Made by a program: the position numbers and the translations under genes
Shown here: positions 59,454-64,000 of the stretch, one piece after another
Position numbering within the stretch: the first letter of the stretch is position 1
Layout: each line of letters begins with the position of its first letter
Source: Octopus vulgaris
Lineage: Eukaryota
Assembly: GCA_951406725.2 (NCBI GenBank)
Contig: OX597840.1
Span: 22,692,001 to 22,756,000, forward strand
Length of the DNA: 64,000 bases
Reading direction: 5' to 3'
Notes under the pieces: model-generated
Told to the model about the DNA's origin: nothing
Databases searched by the model: none
Seen by the model: the letters and a program-made list of their open reading frames with translations, nothing else

Positions 59454-61729
59454 CCCTCTAACTGAAAAATTGTGGATTTGTATAAAGAACACACACAGAC
59501 ATTTTGCCGTTTATATATATAGAGGTTTCTTGCCCGTAAGAGATTATGTCCGATCTTTCGTATTCTTCTGTAGGTCTTCCCAAATCACGATCATAGGAAA
59601 AGTTGTTGCCAGTTCTTATCAACAAAAACAAAGCTGATAGATATGCACAGGTGTTGCAAATTAAGTTTAATTACCAATAAACATCAGCTTGGATGACACT
59701 TAATCAAATGACAGAGGAAGGTGTCCAATCAAACTGATTATGTAAACAGAATTCTGATTGGTCAAAAGTTTCTTCTTGTCTCAAGCTCTGATTTTCTGCC
59801 TATTCTTGTCGGAACCTTTGATATGGAGTATCGAAATTTTAATCCCTTTCACACTTCTAAAATGTCAAACAAACTTTAAAATCTGTCACAACTGTTTTAG
59901 CCGGGAGACGAAACTGATAGTTTGGTAACCTGCTGAAATAAACAATAAAAATTGAAAGGAGAAAAGAAACAGCTTTGCAAGTTTAACTCAGTGTTTATTG
60001 AACAAGAGAGGTGGGAAATTTAAGAAGCGAAATGTTAGAATATACACGTCTGTGAGGAGACATGAACAAGAATAGCAAAGATCTACAATACCAAAAGAAC
60101 TGGTAACACATAAATTACAAGTGTTCTATGAAGAGAACATAAGACTGCTACATAATTCAACATGAATGTGAAACGACATTAAACATCGTATAAAGTAAAT
60201 GAAGGTTTCAGTAGGAATGCTACGTCATATTTACTTAGGGAGTATACATGCACAAGGATGTATTATGATGTTGTCGGCGGTGTTAGATACAGTAAAATAT
60301 GGCCTGGACCATGATTACCAGCATCAACGTGAAACTTCAGAAAGTAGTTAACCATTTAATGATTTTAGTAAATTTATACAGAAAAAATAAGCATTATACC
60401 TATTTCTTTATTACCCACAAGGGGCTAAACATAGAGGGGACAAACAAGGACTGACATAAGTATTAAGTCGATTACATCGACCCCAGTGCGTAACTAGTAC
60501 TTAATTTATCGAACCCGAAAGGATGAAAGGCAAAGTCGACCTCGGCGGAATTTGAACTCAGAACACAACGGCAGATGAAATACCACTAAGCATTTCACCC
60601 GGCGTGCTAACGTTTCTGCCAGCTCGCCACCTTCTTTATACCGTTTGACAAAAGCTGGTCAAGCAAAGTGATGCACTAGGGTTGTTGGTCTCCTTCCGTA
60701 TGGTTTCTATGACTGGATGCCCTTCCAAACACAAACTAGGAAAAGAAGGGAGAGAATGACAGATATATAGGCGCAGGAGTGGCTGTGTGGTAAGGAGCTT
60801 GCTTACCAACCACATGGTTCCGGGTTCAGTCCCACTGCGTGGCATCTTGGATAAGTGTCTTCTACTATAGTCCCGGGCCGACAACAGCCTTGTGAGTGGA
60901 TTTGGTAGAAGGAAACTGAAAGAAGCCCGTCGTATATATATATATATATATTCGTGTGTGTGTTTATGTGTCTGTGTTTGTCCTCCTAGCATTGCTTGAC
61001 AAGTGATGCTGGTGTGCTTATGACCCCGTTACTTAGCGGTTCGGCAAAAGAGACCTATAAAATAAGTACTGGGCTTACAAAAGAATAAGTCCCGGGGTTG
61101 AGTTGCTTGATTAAAGGTGGTGCGCCAGCATGGCCGCAGTCAAATGACTGAAACATGTAAGGAGTAAAGTGTATATAGAGAGAAATGGATGGTGATGGAG
61201 ATGTATGAGGACATACACAAAAGGTAGTGGTGGTGGTGGTGGTGGGGGGGAATATTAGTGGTACAGAGGATAGAGGGAGATGTTTCTTAGAAGTGTGAGG
61301 GGCTTATGAATGTGTGTGTGTGTGTGTGTGTGTCACTATATCCTTGCCTGGAGACTGTGTGATAGTTGTGGGTGTCACTGCCATGCAAGCAATGTCCATC
61401 GCCAATCTGCCACAAAAACATGTCAGTTCACGGGGAAATATTTTAGTTTGAAACAAGTGAAGGTTGGCAACAGGAAGGGCATCTGGACAGTGAAAATTCA
61501 CCTCAATAAATATCATCTCACCAATGAGAGACTGGCAAATGTGGACATGGAGAACAATGATGACAGATGACTGGTATGGTTTGTCTCTCATGAAGGTTTA
61601 AGGAAGTAGTTACGCTGCTTCTATAAGCAAATGATTTGCCACATGTTTCAATGATATGGCTTCTCTCATGTTTGAAGACATTTGAGACTAGACAAAGTGC
61701 TGTTTTTGGGAAATGATTTACCACAGGTA

Positions 61730-62906
<1,177 letters not shown>

Positions 62907-64000
62907 CGTTTAACGTCTGCTTTCCATGCTAGCATGGGTTGGACGGTTCAACTGGGGTCTGGCAAGCCCGAAGGCTGCACGAGGCCAGTCAGATCTGGCA
63001 GTGTTTCTACAGCTGGATGCCCTTCCTAACGCCAACAACTCCGAGAGTGTATATTGCTCTTAAATATTTCTACTAATATATCTCCATCAAAAGTGATCTT
63101 TGTTAATATCTGAAGATGCTGTAAACTGCCTTCTTAATTGCTTTAACTCATTAACATTCAGATTACTCTGTCAAATTTAATGCTTATTTATTCAAATTCT
63201 TCTGAATTAATCATTCATTATCTTATTGCTTTAAGATTTCAACGATGTGATTCTTTATGCAGGGTGAGTGTAAGAGGCCAGATGTAGGCAATTTCAACAT
63301 AGAATATGCAGAATATTTGGGAATGGTATGCCCAGTTCAAATGTTAAAGGATTAATTCAAATACAAATATAATTTTCTGTGTATTCCAGACAATAAAGAA
63401 GAGAAATTTTGCTACATAAATGTCAGAGTTCAGAAGATATATTTTGCAGTAATTCAATATATATTTATAGAAACAGGGTTATACGTGTTATGAGTAAGAC
63501 GTTCAATACTAATGATGTAGTTTATATAAAAATCCTGTGAAGCTGAGGTCATCTGATAATCTGAAACGAAAGAGAAACAACAGTGTAAAACATAAAAGAT
63601 AATTAGGAATTAGAGAGATTAAAATAGTGAAAGTTTTTCTACATTTTTATATAGACATGGCCACAGAGGTGCAGGGATGGTTGTGTGGTAAGAATTTTGA
63701 TTCCCAACACACAAATCTAATAAGCACACCCATTTTCTTCCTTCATTTCACTCCTTTCTTGAATTCCCAAGATTCCCTGTCACCATCCAATTCCATGAAC
63801 GTGAATTTGAATTTGAATGCTTGAGACATTGTGAATCTTTCTTTAGCTGATTACACAACCATGGATACGTTGCAGTTACTCTCTTCATAGAGCCTGGTGA
63901 TCTTGACCCCTGAACTACAAGGTTCATCCAGAAAAGTCGCAAATTTCAGAAAAGGGATCAAAGAACTTCTCAGATACCAGAAGCGATCCTTAGAAAAAAA

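Overview
Eukaryotic, AT-rich, repeat-dense DNA. The SINE repertoire and clustered single-coding-exon C2H2 genes with no recognisable KRAB/SCAN domain suggest an octopus or other coleoid cephalopod (inference). Bases 1-5788 hold long (ATT)n/(TA)n tracts around a 5'-truncated CR1/L2-group LINE, followed by a 100-N gap. From 5889 to the end is a tandem array of about 3.5 units (13-18 kb each). Each complete unit has a head-to-head pair of paralogous C2H2 zinc-finger genes (ZNF-A on -, ZNF-B on +) lying in inverted-repeat arms around a ~3.6 kb spacer. Seven ZNF copies carry 18, 13, 18, 13, 15, 6 and 12 fingers. Most notable: (1) the spacer (probable bidirectional promoter and 5' exons) is inverted in unit 3, swapping upstream regions between A and B; (2) a SINE (GAT)n tail gives all A copies in-frame ATGs; (3) finger arrays are reshuffled in 84-bp steps; (4) a recent 18.4-kb duplication has a breakpoint mappable to ~170 bp; (5) the main SINE family shares its 3' end with the LINE. 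Helitron, Penelope-like and RTE relics and two TTAGGG-containing MITE-like elements fill the gaps. All comparisons were made by eye, so boundaries are approximate.
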